Shown: one piece after another, positions 49,840-59,371 of the stretch
How positions within the stretch are numbered: the stretch's first letter is position 1
How the letters are laid out: the number at the start of each line of letters is the position of its first letter
IMG/VR virus record: IMGVR_UViG_3300024239_000013
Coordinates: 1-64,000 of that record
Direction: 5' to 3' (one strand)
Length of the DNA: 64,000 bases
Made by a program: the position numbers and the translations under genes
The notes under the pieces: generated by a model
Told to the model about the DNA's origin: nothing
The model's database searches: none
What the model saw: the letters and a program-made list of their open reading frames with translations, nothing else

Positions 49840-50802
49840 ATGACAGAAGAAAAACTTTTTAGATGGACTAATTATTCAGTAAAGTCACTAGAAAATTTAA
49901 TTGAAGGGATGGAAAAACATCATCCGGAAGATTATAAAAAGATAAAGGAAATAAGTGATCGTTTACTATTGTATTATAGGGGAGATAATATATTAACAGA
50001 AAAACAAAAAAATACTCTAGATTCTTTATCTAAAGATTGGTACATATCACCAGAAAACGGAGGGGTTAATATTGGATATATGTATGCTTCGGATTGGGGA
50101 TTATCCATTAAAAATTATTGGGAAGAGGATACGGAATCTGCGAGAAAAAAAAGACTAAAGCTTTTTGAGGATCTTAAAAAAATAAAATTTAATGAGGTTT
50201 ATTCTCTTTCTTTGAGATCGTGTGGATTAGAAGAATTTTGGCCAAATATGCCAAAAAGAACTTCTAGATTTGATTGTTCCTATAATAAGATAGAAAGTCT
50301 AGTTGGAGGTCCAGAATATGCTAGTGAATACGATTTCTGTGGGAATAATATTAAAAGCTTTGATGGGTTACCTGACAATGTTAAAGAATTAGATTGCAGT
50401 CATAACCCAATAGAGGATTTTTCAACCCTAAAAGTTAAAGAATTATTAAGGTTTAGATGTCGGGATACACATATAAAAAATCTAATAGGTTGTCCTAAAG
50501 TTACAACCTTTTTAGACGTATCAGGATGTAAGTTAACCTCAGTTGAAGGAGCCCCGTTAAATTTAACCTTAAGAGAGGTTAATTTTGGGGAAAATGTGGT
50601 TAGTGAAAAAACATTAAAACTTGCTTTCAATGCAATGAAAAAAGCTAAAGGAGATTATGGTAAAGGATTGGATAAAATATGGAAAAAAATACCTATAGAA
50701 GACCAAATACAAATGTATAAGGACAATCCAAATCTTACTAATGATGAGGTAAAAAAATATTACAATTTAAAAAAATATTTTGATATAAAAACTTTTATAT
50801 AA
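49840..50802 (+). CDS. Divergent LRR protein related to the array, lacking the CTS-like N-terminus
   Basis: FDCSYNKIESLVGGP-type repeats; C-cap VSEKTL...DY...L..IWK.IPIED...LKKY; class II promoter. Confidence 0.85.
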   Translation: MTEEKLFRWTNYSVKSLENLIEGMEKHHPEDYKKIKEISDRLLLYYRGDNILTEKQKNTLDSLSKDWYISPENGGVNIGYMYASDWGLSIKNYWEEDTESARKKRLKLFEDLKKIKFNEVYSLSLRSCGLEEFWPNMPKRTSRFDCSYNKIESLVGGPEYASEYDFCGNNIKSFDGLPDNVKELDCSHNPIEDFSTLKVKELLRFRCRDTHIKNLIGCPKVTTFLDVSGCKLTSVEGAPLNLTLREVNFGENVVSEKTLKLAFNAMKKAKGDYGKGLDKIWKKIPIEDQIQMYKDNPNLTNDEVKKYYNLKKYFDIKTFI

Positions 50803-50840
50803 GGATTGGATATATATGTTTTAAATATAAATAAAAACGT

Positions 50841-51197
50841 ATGAAAAACCTAAAAGTTTATGAAAACTTCCTAATCAAATCTCCCGGATTAGATATCGAT
50901 ACAAATAAAAAAGAAATTAATCCAGGTTTTAATGACTATACAAAAAAACCAAATGTGACCCCTGAACAAGAAGCCATCAGAAATAAACTAGAATCTGATG
51001 TAAAGAGAATGTACCCAAAAATAGTTATAAAACATTCACCAGACGGACAATCAGGTGCATCTGTAGATAATATAGTTATTTACGCTACTGATCATTACGA
51101 CTCATTTAACGCATTCTTATTTGGTTTGGTGATGGGTAAGATTCATGGAAGCGAAATGCCAGCTAAAATGGCATCTAGAATAGGCGAAGATTTATAA
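50841..51197 (+). CDS. Hypothetical protein with CTS-like N-terminus (MKNLKVYENF)
   Basis: Shared motif; GATATATA at 50809. Confidence 0.8.
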   Translation: MKNLKVYENFLIKSPGLDIDTNKKEINPGFNDYTKKPNVTPEQEAIRNKLESDVKRMYPKIVIKHSPDGQSGASVDNIVIYATDHYDSFNAFLFGLVMGKIHGSEMPAKMASRIGEDL

Positions 51198-51327
51198 CAA
51201 ATATTTTATCCGGCGGGCTCAGTGCCCCATTTTAGGACCGGAATAGTTACGACTATTTAAAAAAGGGTGGAATTTCGTTACTTCCACCTTTTATTTGATA
51301 TATAATGAATAAATTAATTTTTCTAAT

Positions 51328-52131
51328 ATGAAAAAAATAGCATCATTTAATGAGTTTGTAAATGAGGATAACGGGCTTCTAGGACACATAGCTCCATTAT
51401 TGGGTAGCATTGAAATAGATGGTAAAAAAAAAGCAGAGGAAATTAGAAGCCAGGATACAGGTTCTGAGATTGATCAAGGTGATCTTTTACCGTCCGATTT
51501 TAATCCATTTCCAGGTAATGATGATTTCACTCTTTATATGCAACATCAGCAAGGAGTAGCTGGAGCAAAGGGATTAATAGAAGCATCTTTAGGAACTGGT
51601 AAATTAGCATCAGATACGATCAAAACCAAGAATGGTAAAAAATATGCAAATTTAATTTCAAATGTTCCTAGCGACAAACCTCAAATTAAAAATTCCATAA
51701 TAAAAGCATTAGACTCGGGTGATCAAAAAACTGCATCGGTTTTATTCCTAAATATGTGGAAGGAAAAATGGAACCGAGCATATAAAGATGCAAAGATCGA
51801 AATAGAAAAGCCACAAAACTCTACTGCTAAATCAGCTATAAAAAAATACAGTTCAGCATATGGGGTTCCTTTTGATTTTGCTATAACCGTAGCAAAATTG
51901 GAATCCGGATTTAAGCCTAATGTAGGAAACAATACCTATAAAGGATTATTTGCTCTAAGTCAAAATGGATTTAATAAATATGTTCCTGGAGGAAATATTT
52001 TTAACCCAGATGATAATGCTAAAGCAGGAATTCAAAGTCTAAGAGATAATATAAAAGAATTCAAAAAACAACTAGGTGATAAAACTCTAGCCTCTCTTAA
52101 TATTGCTCAATGGGCAAAAAATATAGCTTAA
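51328..52131 (+). CDS. SLT-type lytic transglycosylase with CTS-like N-terminus
   Basis: AKLESGFKP, YKGLF, FNPDDNAKAG; MKKIASFNEFVNE. Confidence 0.8.
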   Translation: MKKIASFNEFVNEDNGLLGHIAPLLGSIEIDGKKKAEEIRSQDTGSEIDQGDLLPSDFNPFPGNDDFTLYMQHQQGVAGAKGLIEASLGTGKLASDTIKTKNGKKYANLISNVPSDKPQIKNSIIKALDSGDQKTASVLFLNMWKEKWNRAYKDAKIEIEKPQNSTAKSAIKKYSSAYGVPFDFAITVAKLESGFKPNVGNNTYKGLFALSQNGFNKYVPGGNIFNPDDNAKAGIQSLRDNIKEFKKQLGDKTLASLNIAQWAKNIA

Positions 52132-52155
52132 TAAATTAAATCAAATTAAATAAAT

Positions 52156-52446
52156 ATGTTACAAGGAAATAATAGTTATAGATTAGTCGCAGACAAGGAT
52201 TACCGACCAGGTTCTTTAGATTCTAGTAATGGACCAACCTCTCTAGAAGGACCAATAACTCTAGTTTATGTTGCTCCAGGAGCTGCAGTATTAGATTTTT
52301 ATGATGCTAAAAATAACAGAAGCATAATAGAGATTGGACCTAATAATACCGGAATTCTTTTACCGATAACAGTAATGGCAACTGGTAGTAATTTATCCGG
52401 TGAAATCTTTGGATTCTCGCAAGGAGGAATCTATGCAAATAGATAA
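52156..52446 (+). CDS. Small beta-rich hypothetical protein (possibly structural)
   Basis: ORF co-transcribed with the SLT gene. Confidence 0.7.
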   Translation: MLQGNNSYRLVADKDYRPGSLDSSNGPTSLEGPITLVYVAPGAAVLDFYDAKNNRSIIEIGPNNTGILLPITVMATGSNLSGEIFGFSQGGIYANR

Positions 52447-52469
52447 AAATAAAATATAATAAGATAGCA

Positions 52470-52502
52470 AAAAAACTCTAGTGAAAACTAGAGTTTTTTT
52501 TT
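52470..52502. terminator. Bidirectional intrinsic terminator
   Basis: AAAAAACTCTAGT-GAAA-ACTAGAGTTTTTTTT. Confidence 0.9.
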
Positions 52503-52520
52503 ATTGATTGACAATATTTA

Positions 52521-53102
52521 TTATTCCAGAGTAATGGTAATTTTGGATCCCGTCGATTTAACTAATTTTTGTAAATTAGAGAAAAATTCAACTAGTTCTA
52601 AAGATTTGTCTAATGTTTTTTCCGGCCCTAAATTTACCTGTACCTTTCTATTTTCCATCAATTTTTTTCTAAGAATGATTGATGTTTTTGTTCTGTTTAG
52701 AGATTTGGCCATATCACCAACCGACATTTTATTTGACATCATTTGTTCTAAAGCTAAAATTTCACTGTCTGTCCATCTTCTTCTTCTTATAGACTGATCA
52801 TTTTTTAAAGGCGTTCCGTTTTCATTAGAATCCCTATCCTGAAATTTTCTCAAGTTTTTTGCAAACTTCATAGCAGAAACTGCAGCAAAACTTCTACCTA
52901 ATTTCTTTGAAATTTCATTAACCGTCATTTTTTCATCTACCATTTTTTTCAATTCTGCTAACTCGCTATCTGACCATCTTCTCGATTTAGCCCTTTTTGA
53001 AATCTTTTTTGTTTTAGCAGATTTTACTTTAGCATTTCCGTGATTCAAAACTGAATGGTAGTTTTTTACTGATGAAGGTTTTGATGATTTTCTTGTTCTC
53101 AT
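52521..53102 (-). CDS. Basic DNA-binding protein with two tandem HTH (Myb/GcrA-like) repeats
   Basis: RRWSDSE...MTVNEISKKLGRS and RRWTDSE...MSVGDMAKSLNRT; class I promoter. Confidence 0.75.
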   Translation of the reverse strand: MRTRKSSKPSSVKNYHSVLNHGNAKVKSAKTKKISKRAKSRRWSDSELAELKKMVDEKMTVNEISKKLGRSFAAVSAMKFAKNLRKFQDRDSNENGTPLKNDQSIRRRRWTDSEILALEQMMSNKMSVGDMAKSLNRTKTSIILRKKLMENRKVQVNLGPEKTLDKSLELVEFFSNLQKLVKSTGSKITITLE

Positions 53103-53199
53103 TTTTTAATGTATTTAAAATTTATGTTGCAAATATATTAAAATAAATCGGATAAAAAAAATAAATCGGATAAAAAAAATTTATTTTGATATATAAAAC

Positions 53200-53556
53200 A
53201 TGGAAAAAATGATAAAAAATTACAATAATTTTATTAATGAGTCCAAAAAAGAATCTTTTGAAGAGTTTTCTTTAATTAGATTAAACGGGGCTAAAAAAAT
53301 AGCAGAAAATGCTAAAGAAAAAGGTGGTGATGCTCTACTTACTTACCATCATTTTAAAGTTAAGATACCAACTTATAAAAAAGCTAAAGATGGTGAATTT
53401 GATATGATAAATTCTAAAAAAGAATATGAAACCCTTTTAGAAAAATTATATAAATCAACCAAGGATAATATGAAAATAAGCCAAGTTGAATTTCAGGAAT
53501 TGGTTGGTAGAATAGAAGTATTAGGAGAACTTATTATCAGAAAGGAGATAGAATAA
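53200..53556 (+). CDS. Hypothetical protein with CTS-like N-terminus (MIKNYNNFINES)
   Basis: Shared motif; GATATATA at 53188. Confidence 0.8.
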   Translation: MEKMIKNYNNFINESKKESFEEFSLIRLNGAKKIAENAKEKGGDALLTYHHFKVKIPTYKKAKDGEFDMINSKKEYETLLEKLYKSTKDNMKISQVEFQELVGRIEVLGELIIRKEIE

Positions 53557-53557
53557 A

Positions 53558-53854
53558 CTATTCGCCCTCCTTTCTTATTGTTACCCAATTTGGATTGTTT
53601 AATATATCTCTTAATTTTTCTGCAACTGTTAATTTAGTTCCAATTTTTTCTGGGTGCATCTCATCCAGAAGTTTATGCATCTGCTCAATTTCTCTATTTA
53701 ACTTTCTAAGAATTTCTTCGTTATCCTCTGCTTTGGATTTTGATGTAGTAGTTGTATTAAAATCAGGTAATGAGAATAATTCATATGGACGGGTTATAGA
53801 AGAATCTGACCTTCCGTACATTGGAATATGCATGTTAAAAATATCGTCTTCCAT
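53558..53854 (-). CDS. Hypothetical protein
   Basis: ORF abutting its neighbours. Confidence 0.65.
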   Translation of the reverse strand: MEDDIFNMHIPMYGRSDSSITRPYELFSLPDFNTTTTSKSKAEDNEEILRKLNREIEQMHKLLDEMHPEKIGTKLTVAEKLRDILNNPNWVTIRKEGE

Positions 53855-53855
53855 A

Positions 53856-54110
53856 TTAATAGATTTTAGAATTATCGATTAATTTATCATTTCTTAAAAC
53901 TTGTATGACTGAAACTATTTCCTCGACTGTATTTTGATCTTTGACCTCATTTCCACTAAAGTCAATTATAGTCCAAGATTCCTTCCCTAAATTAAAGTCG
54001 TTTACCACAGTGACGTTATATGATGAATCTTCTTTTTTAACCGTATAAAAGGTTTTTTTGGATTCTACCATATAAGTATTTTTCTCTACTATTTTTTCTA
54101 TCTTTATCAT
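53856..54110 (-). CDS. Hypothetical protein
   Basis: ATG-started ORF. Confidence 0.65.
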   Translation of the reverse strand: MIKIEKIVEKNTYMVESKKTFYTVKKEDSSYNVTVVNDFNLGKESWTIIDFSGNEVKDQNTVEEIVSVIQVLRNDKLIDNSKIY

Positions 54111-54579
54111 ATTTGGAATTTTAAATTATTTTTTCATTTACCTCGTATAAGTAATTAGAATCCATCCAATTACTTGTTCTCTAAAACCAATATCATTCAT
54201 TCCCTACTCATCTGCCAAATGTTTTAAATGAAGAGGAAGTTTTTGTGAAAGATTTTCTAGCTGAAGCCTAGTTGGTATCCCCCGGGAGAGAGCGTATAAA
54301 GATTGTAAGTCATCTAATAAAAATGATCAAGATTATTAAGGACATGGACCATCTGGATCTATAATTTCCATATTATCATATTCTTCCTCCGTAATTATTA
54401 CATATCCTTTATTCATAATCCACAAATGTACAGATTGCCAATCTAAATCATTTTCTTCGAGAATTCTCTCCATTTTTTCGTTTAATTCTTCTTTTGACAT
54501 TTTCTAAAAATTCACTTACATCAAGTGATAAGCTTTTAATTAATAATATTTTTTCTAATAGTTTATGTTGTTATAAAAT

Positions 54580-54975
54580 CTATTTTTCGTAATAAAAAAT
54601 CGTATAACCCTCTCCTTCAAAAGCACCTTTGCTTGTTATTGAAACTATTTCTATTCTATCCTCTTGTTCATTAACCCAATTGACTAGTGTTCCTGCATAT
54701 TTAAAAGAATCAACCCTTAATTTTCTTATAATTATTAATTCCCCACTCCCATTTCCCTCTTCAGATTTCGTAAAATGCCTTCTTGTTAATTCAGTTAAAA
54801 TTAAATTACGCAAACCCATTACTCCAGTAATAAAATCATTTGTTGAGATTTTATAATGACTCACTAAGAATCTAATATGAGAATCATCAGGAAAGTTTGA
54901 AGAATCGCTTTCCCTTGATAATTCTATTAAGGAATCAGTATCCAATTTTGATAGATATTCGAAAATATTTTCCAT
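54580..54975 (-). CDS. Hypothetical protein
   Basis: Starts 16 nt after the tRNA-like RNA. Confidence 0.7.
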   Translation of the reverse strand: MENIFEYLSKLDTDSLIELSRESDSSNFPDDSHIRFLVSHYKISTNDFITGVMGLRNLILTELTRRHFTKSEEGNGSGELIIIRKLRVDSFKYAGTLVNWVNEQEDRIEIVSITSKGAFEGEGYTIFYYEK

Positions 54976-54990
54976 TTTTTTTAATTTTTG

Positions 54991-55152
54991 TAATCAGGAC
55001 AGGGTTCGAACCTGTACGATTAAGTTTTTCCTAGTGAATATCTAAATTAACTTTTGGTTTTGCTAATCTCTGAATTCACCTTGGTTACGTCTGCCTACCC
55101 ACTTAATCTAAAAACCATATTAAATAGCGTCTACCAATTCCGCCACCTGATC
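54991..55152 (-). ncRNA. tRNA-Leu-like RNA with 111-nt branched insert
   Basis: GATCAGG/CCTGATT-A acceptor, Leu-type D arm TGGCGGAATTGGTAGACGC, T arm ACAGG-TTCGAAC-CCTGT; insert stems GATTAAGT/ACTTAATC and GTGAAT/ATTCAC. Confidence 0.8.
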
Positions 55153-55222
55153 TTATTTTATTATTGTTAATTCTTTTTATAATAAAATCCTAGAAATTTT
55201 TATTTAATTTATTTTTATTATT

Positions 55223-55471
55223 CTATGATTCGAATTTTAAATAATCGCCATCTCTCTGATCTAGGATAAGATTAACTTTACTCCATCCGGCTTTTATGTA
55301 TCTGTCTCTAAGAACATAAAAATGAGTATGATCTAGACCAGATGGGATTCGTATGTATATGCTCTGACCTTTTGATATTGATTTTTTAGATAATCTGGAA
55401 TCTATCTCTTTTTCGTATAGATCTACATCTTCTTGAAATTTTTCTATTAATTTTATTGGTGATATTGCCAT
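55223..55471 (-). CDS. Small hypothetical protein
   Basis: MAISP...Y..AGW..V....DQRDG motif. Confidence 0.75.
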   Translation of the reverse strand: MAISPIKLIEKFQEDVDLYEKEIDSRLSKKSISKGQSIYIRIPSGLDHTHFYVLRDRYIKAGWSKVNLILDQRDGDYLKFES

Positions 55472-55596
55472 TTTTTATCTATTTTTTTATATTTTATTAA
55501 GAAACCCATATTCGATTTCTTACATATATTAATACATTTCTAACTTAGCCAAAACAAAATTATGTATTATGATAAATGTGACTTATATTTTTAATT

Positions 55597-55893
55597 ATAA
55601 TTCACTGTTAAATCTACTTAAATCCTGAGAATAGTCTATTTCTGTGTGGGGATAAATAGGAAATTCTGGTACATTGTATTCTAAATCCAATTCAGAAAGA
55701 TAAGCGATCCCTCCGTTTGTCAAACTACCTCCTTTGATGTAAACATAATGTCACCTTTCGTCATTGTAGACATGTTCGTCTGAGATAAAAATAATAGGTT
55801 CACACGCCAAATATTGGTCTGATAAGCTTTTGATTGTAAATTTTGAATTTAATCTGACTCTAACCCCTCTTGCAATTTGATTAGATTTTATCA
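55597..55893 (-). pseudogene. Probable decayed small gene
   Basis: ATG at 55893 hits a stop after 14 codons; a shifted frame continues VRLNSKF...DER*HYVYIKGG... with an internal TGA. Confidence 0.4.
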
Positions 55894-55912
55894 TAAATGT
55901 TTTTTTTTTATA

Positions 55913-56041
55913 TTACCAGGACAGGATTCGAACCTGCATCTCCTTATCAATGGCACCTGGAACTTTCACACATCAATGTGACTGATAAATTCACACTCTG
56001 AAGCTACTCCTTCTTGCGTCTTCCGATTCCGCCACCTGGAT
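55913..56041 (-). ncRNA. tRNA-Leu-like RNA with 78-nt insert
   Basis: CCAGG/CCTGG acceptor core (top 2 bp mismatched), D arm TGGCGGAATCGGAAGACGC, T arm GCAGG-TTCGAAT-CCTGT; insert stem TTATCA/TGATAA. Confidence 0.7.
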
Positions 56042-56057
56042 ATTTTATAATTAACTA

Positions 56058-56405
56058 TTAATCCCTACTTAAAAATTTGATATAATAGCCTTCTCTGTTT
56101 ATGTGCAATTTTTCTAAAAGCCCCAAGTCCATTAATTTATTAATCTGGTCCTGATTTGGTTCTTTTTCCATAACAGCTCCCCCATAGACCCTGCTACCTA
56201 TCTTAATCCACCCTAGATCCTCTACATGTTTTTCTGGGTTTGATTTTTCTGGAAATATCTCTTCTACTATCTCGTAATGAAAGGATACATATTCGGAATC
56301 CATGTCTCCTTTAAATCTGTGAATTTTCCCGTACGTATCAATCCAGAATTCTCTTTCTACTCTTTTAAGATTACTTTTCCTTATCATAACAATTTCCTCT
56401 TCCAT
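56058..56405 (-). CDS. Hypothetical protein
   Basis: WID..G..H...H...LGWIKI...N.DQ motif; class I-like promoter. Confidence 0.75.
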   Translation of the reverse strand: MEEEIVMIRKSNLKRVEREFWIDTYGKIHRFKGDMDSEYVSFHYEIVEEIFPEKSNPEKHVEDLGWIKIGSRVYGGAVMEKEPNQDQINKLMDLGLLEKLHINREGYYIKFLSRD

Positions 56406-56499
56406 ATAATTCCATTTTAACTTAATTGCATTTATAATTTTTTCTCTAGCAAATATATGTCAATAAATCGTTTTAAAAAAATAATAACAATAGAAAAAT

Positions 56500-56724
56500 T
56501 TATTTATTTTCTATTATTTCGCCTTTCCAGTCCACCATATCGAAATTCTCCCAGTCAATTTCCTTTAGATTTTTAATCATTTCATCAACTTTCTTTTTCA
56601 ACTCGAGTATAGATTCTTCTAGATTAGCACCATATCCTGATAAATCTGAATATTCTTCGATTAGTCTGGCTTCAAATGATTGATACCTTTCCTTTCCGTC
56701 GTTATGTATTTGTAATTTGTACAT
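56500..56724 (-). CDS. Small HicB-like hypothetical protein
   Basis: GYGANLEE.I.EL pattern. Confidence 0.55.
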   Translation of the reverse strand: MYKLQIHNDGKERYQSFEARLIEEYSDLSGYGANLEESILELKKKVDEMIKNLKEIDWENFDMVDWKGEIIENK

Positions 56725-56826
56725 TCCTATAGATATTTTTGCTTATTTTAAATATTTCTTTGGGTTCATATTCATATTATCGTGTCAATTCCTCGTTTCT
56801 ATATAGTTTTAAGAATCCTTTACCTG

Positions 56827-57012
56827 TTAAATGAAAGTTAATTTTAGATCAGAAGCAGGGTATTTTATCCTCGTTGTGCTACTTGATTTTATCTCTCCTA
56901 CAACTATAATATAATTTCCTTGTCTGTATGCCCCCTTGGCCTCGTAATTTTTACCGTAGGGTATCGGGTATTTTGGAGATTCGTTAATAATCTCTACTAT
57001 TACTTTTTCCAT
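56827..57012 (-). CDS. Small hypothetical protein
   Basis: ATG-started ORF in a minus-strand run. Confidence 0.6.
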   Translation of the reverse strand: MEKVIVEIINESPKYPIPYGKNYEAKGAYRQGNYIIVVGEIKSSSTTRIKYPASDLKLTFI

Positions 57013-57134
57013 AATGAATTATTTACAAGAAGGAAAGTTTTGATGTATATGCAATAGAATAACCAATGCACAAATTATTGAAAATGTCATAGAGAAAACC
57101 ATAGCTAACATCATGGCTTTAAATGGGCTTAATT

Positions 57135-57407
57135 TCATAATTTAATTTTTTTATGTAATTTATTAAATCCTTTTTTTATGTCTGAAAGTATTTTACTAGG
57201 AGTTGATAGTTCCAAATCCCATCTTTTTACTTTTTCCTCACTTTCTAGAACAATTTTATCGTGGAGATAATCAGTAATTAAAGAATCTAGTTCTTTTCTA
57301 ATTAATTCTTTGCAATCTTCACATGATAAAATAAAAAGAGGTTTATCTTGATCAGTTGTAAATTTATATTTGGCCTTATTTCCACATTTACATTTATGTT
57401 CATCCAT
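57135..57407 (-). CDS. Small Cys-containing protein
   Basis: CKCG...CEDC. Confidence 0.65.
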   Translation of the reverse strand: MDEHKCKCGNKAKYKFTTDQDKPLFILSCEDCKELIRKELDSLITDYLHDKIVLESEEKVKRWDLELSTPSKILSDIKKGFNKLHKKIKL

Positions 57408-57430
57408 GATAACTCTATTTAAGGTTGTTT

Positions 57431-57742
57431 TTAAACTAATCTATAGGGTTTTGCTATAGCATTAATCTTAGTTATAACTTCATTTGGAAGTTGGTAATAT
57501 GATCCTTCTAGAGCCTTTAGTGAATCTATAAAGACAGAATGATCTAACGAGAGGTTTCCTGGAATTTTTAATTCTTCTTCAATAAACTCCTCCTCTATCA
57601 AAGATTTCAGATGATCCCTTAATTTTTCGTTAGATGAGCATTCATAGACTAGTGTTGATAAAAGCTCTTTCTTTTCCTTTTGTGTACACTCATAGACGAA
57701 TTCGTCAATGTCAATACTAACAGATGTTTCAAAATCCGGCAT
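57431..57742 (-). CDS. Acidic hypothetical protein
   Basis: Class I-like promoter near 57780. Confidence 0.75.
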   Translation of the reverse strand: MPDFETSVSIDIDEFVYECTQKEKKELLSTLVYECSSNEKLRDHLKSLIEEEFIEEELKIPGNLSLDHSVFIDSLKALEGSYYQLPNEVITKINAIAKPYRLV

Positions 57743-57918
57743 AATTTATTTTTTTTAATTAATTAAATGTAATTTTTATATAAATGTAATATTTATATTC
57801 GAAAATAAAAAAAAATTCCAAATATATAGATTGGATAACTCGAATCCCTTTAAATTTTTAAATTCATAAGAATTTAAAGAAAAAAATTCCATTATGGACA
57901 CGAATAGCAATAAACAAA

Positions 57919-58149
57919 ATGCAAAAAAAGAATATCCAGACGATTCTGTTGGTATTGGCTACGTTTTTCAATCCACTTGGATTCGATGCTCTCTTCGCTA
58001 TTGTGATGAAGTGGACCGGATCTTATTGGATAACAGATGGAATTTTCTATTGCCTATCAGCACTATTTTTTGGTCTATATTACTGGGTCTCTAAAAAATC
58101 CCCAAGATTTATAATATTTGGACCAAAAAAGAAAAAGATTAGCCAATAA
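57919..58149 (+). CDS. Small membrane protein
   Basis: LATFFNPLGFDALF..VM.WTGSYW hydrophobic motif. Confidence 0.65.
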   Translation: MQKKNIQTILLVLATFFNPLGFDALFAIVMKWTGSYWITDGIFYCLSALFFGLYYWVSKKSPRFIIFGPKKKKISQ

Positions 58150-58330
58150 CATTGGCTTTTTCTTTTTCTTTTGTTTTATTGATTTTTTTAAAAGCCATTT
58201 CGTATGATTCGACCAAGGAATTTCCGTCTTTGATATATTCCATAGCTAGATCCATAACCTCTTTTTGTATACCCAACTTATAACATTCATAGAGGATTTC
58301 TTCTATTATTTCTGAACCAGTTAAACTCAT
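58139..58330 (-). CDS. Small hypothetical protein
   Basis: IEEILYE...LGI..EV pattern. Confidence 0.65.
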   Translation of the reverse strand: MSLTGSEIIEEILYECYKLGIQKEVMDLAMEYIKDGNSLVESYEMAFKKINKTKEKEKANVIG

Positions 58331-58538
58331 TTTATTAATTTTTTTTAATATCGATTTTTCATTATGATTAAAAAAACATTCTCTTTTTTCTACATCCAGT
58401 TCATTTAATAAGATGTCTGGATGCTAACCTTTCATTTTTTTTCAAATATAACATCAACAATTTTCTTACCGTACTTATTCATTGCCTCTTCTATGAATTC
58501 TTTTTTTATTACTATTGCTCCTATCATAATAGTCTTTT

Positions 58539-59288
58539 TTAATATCTAACTATAGGAACTAAAACCTCAGATACAAATTCCTCCATGTCATTTATTGATA
58601 TTTTATCTAGTGTATCATCATCACTATGACAAAGCCACCATGAAGAGTTATCTAGATAACCCTCGCTCGTTTTTATACTAGATTCACCCTCTAATAAAAT
58701 AGGAAGAGGATTTATAACATTCGTGTCTATACCATATCTTGATAAAATATAACAATCACTACCCGGTGTTGGGTGGATTGGAGGATCAAATAAGTTTTTT
58801 ATGTGTTCTGTTAGTTTTCCTTGATGTGAACCTATCATAAAATTTTTACCTCCCTTACCAGAAAGCTCTAGATTAAGAACCCATTCAATTTCACCAAATT
58901 CTCCTTCCGTTATTTGTTCTGCCAATCTTTTTGCACCTCTAAAACCAACTTCTTCCGCATCGGTTATTACTACATTTATCTCAGGGACTAAGTATTTAAG
59001 ATATATTGCATTTATGACTGAAGCTGAATTATCGTTGGCATTCTGTGAATTTGGATTAATTATATCATGATGTGCTATCACCATTCTTTTACTTTCTCCC
59101 TTCATAACTATATTATAAAGCTTTGTACCAAGATCGTCAAACTCATCTATTACGTATTCTATCCCATATCTTTCCAAAAGATCTGAGATGAATTTTACTC
59201 TTGGTGTAGGTTCTAAAGTATTATAAAATGCATTGCCAACATTTTTAACCTGACAAAATTCATTTATTGATTGGAGTATTGGATGCAT
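58539..59288 (-). CDS. M28-family zinc peptidase
   Basis: AHHD, ANDNSASV, DAEEVG..G, NLE, SD, H...D; start re-called to MHPILQ. Confidence 0.85.
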   Translation of the reverse strand: MHPILQSINEFCQVKNVGNAFYNTLEPTPRVKFISDLLERYGIEYVIDEFDDLGTKLYNIVMKGESKRMVIAHHDIINPNSQNANDNSASVINAIYLKYLVPEINVVITDAEEVGFRGAKRLAEQITEGEFGEIEWVLNLELSGKGGKNFMIGSHQGKLTEHIKNLFDPPIHPTPGSDCYILSRYGIDTNVINPLPILLEGESSIKTSEGYLDNSSWWLCHSDDDTLDKISINDMEEFVSEVLVPIVRY

Positions 59289-59371
59289 ATAAAAATTATT
59301 TTCTGTAAATGTATGATATGAATGCGAAATTAAAAAATATATATATAGAAAAATTAATTTTTTTATATAAT

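Noticed and set aside
54991-55152. Ordinary tRNA-Leu(TAA) or tmRNA
   Set aside because: A TTTAATA loop exists, but its stem is weak and overlaps the D stem; the RNA is too short for tmRNA and lacks the Ala G3-U70 pair.
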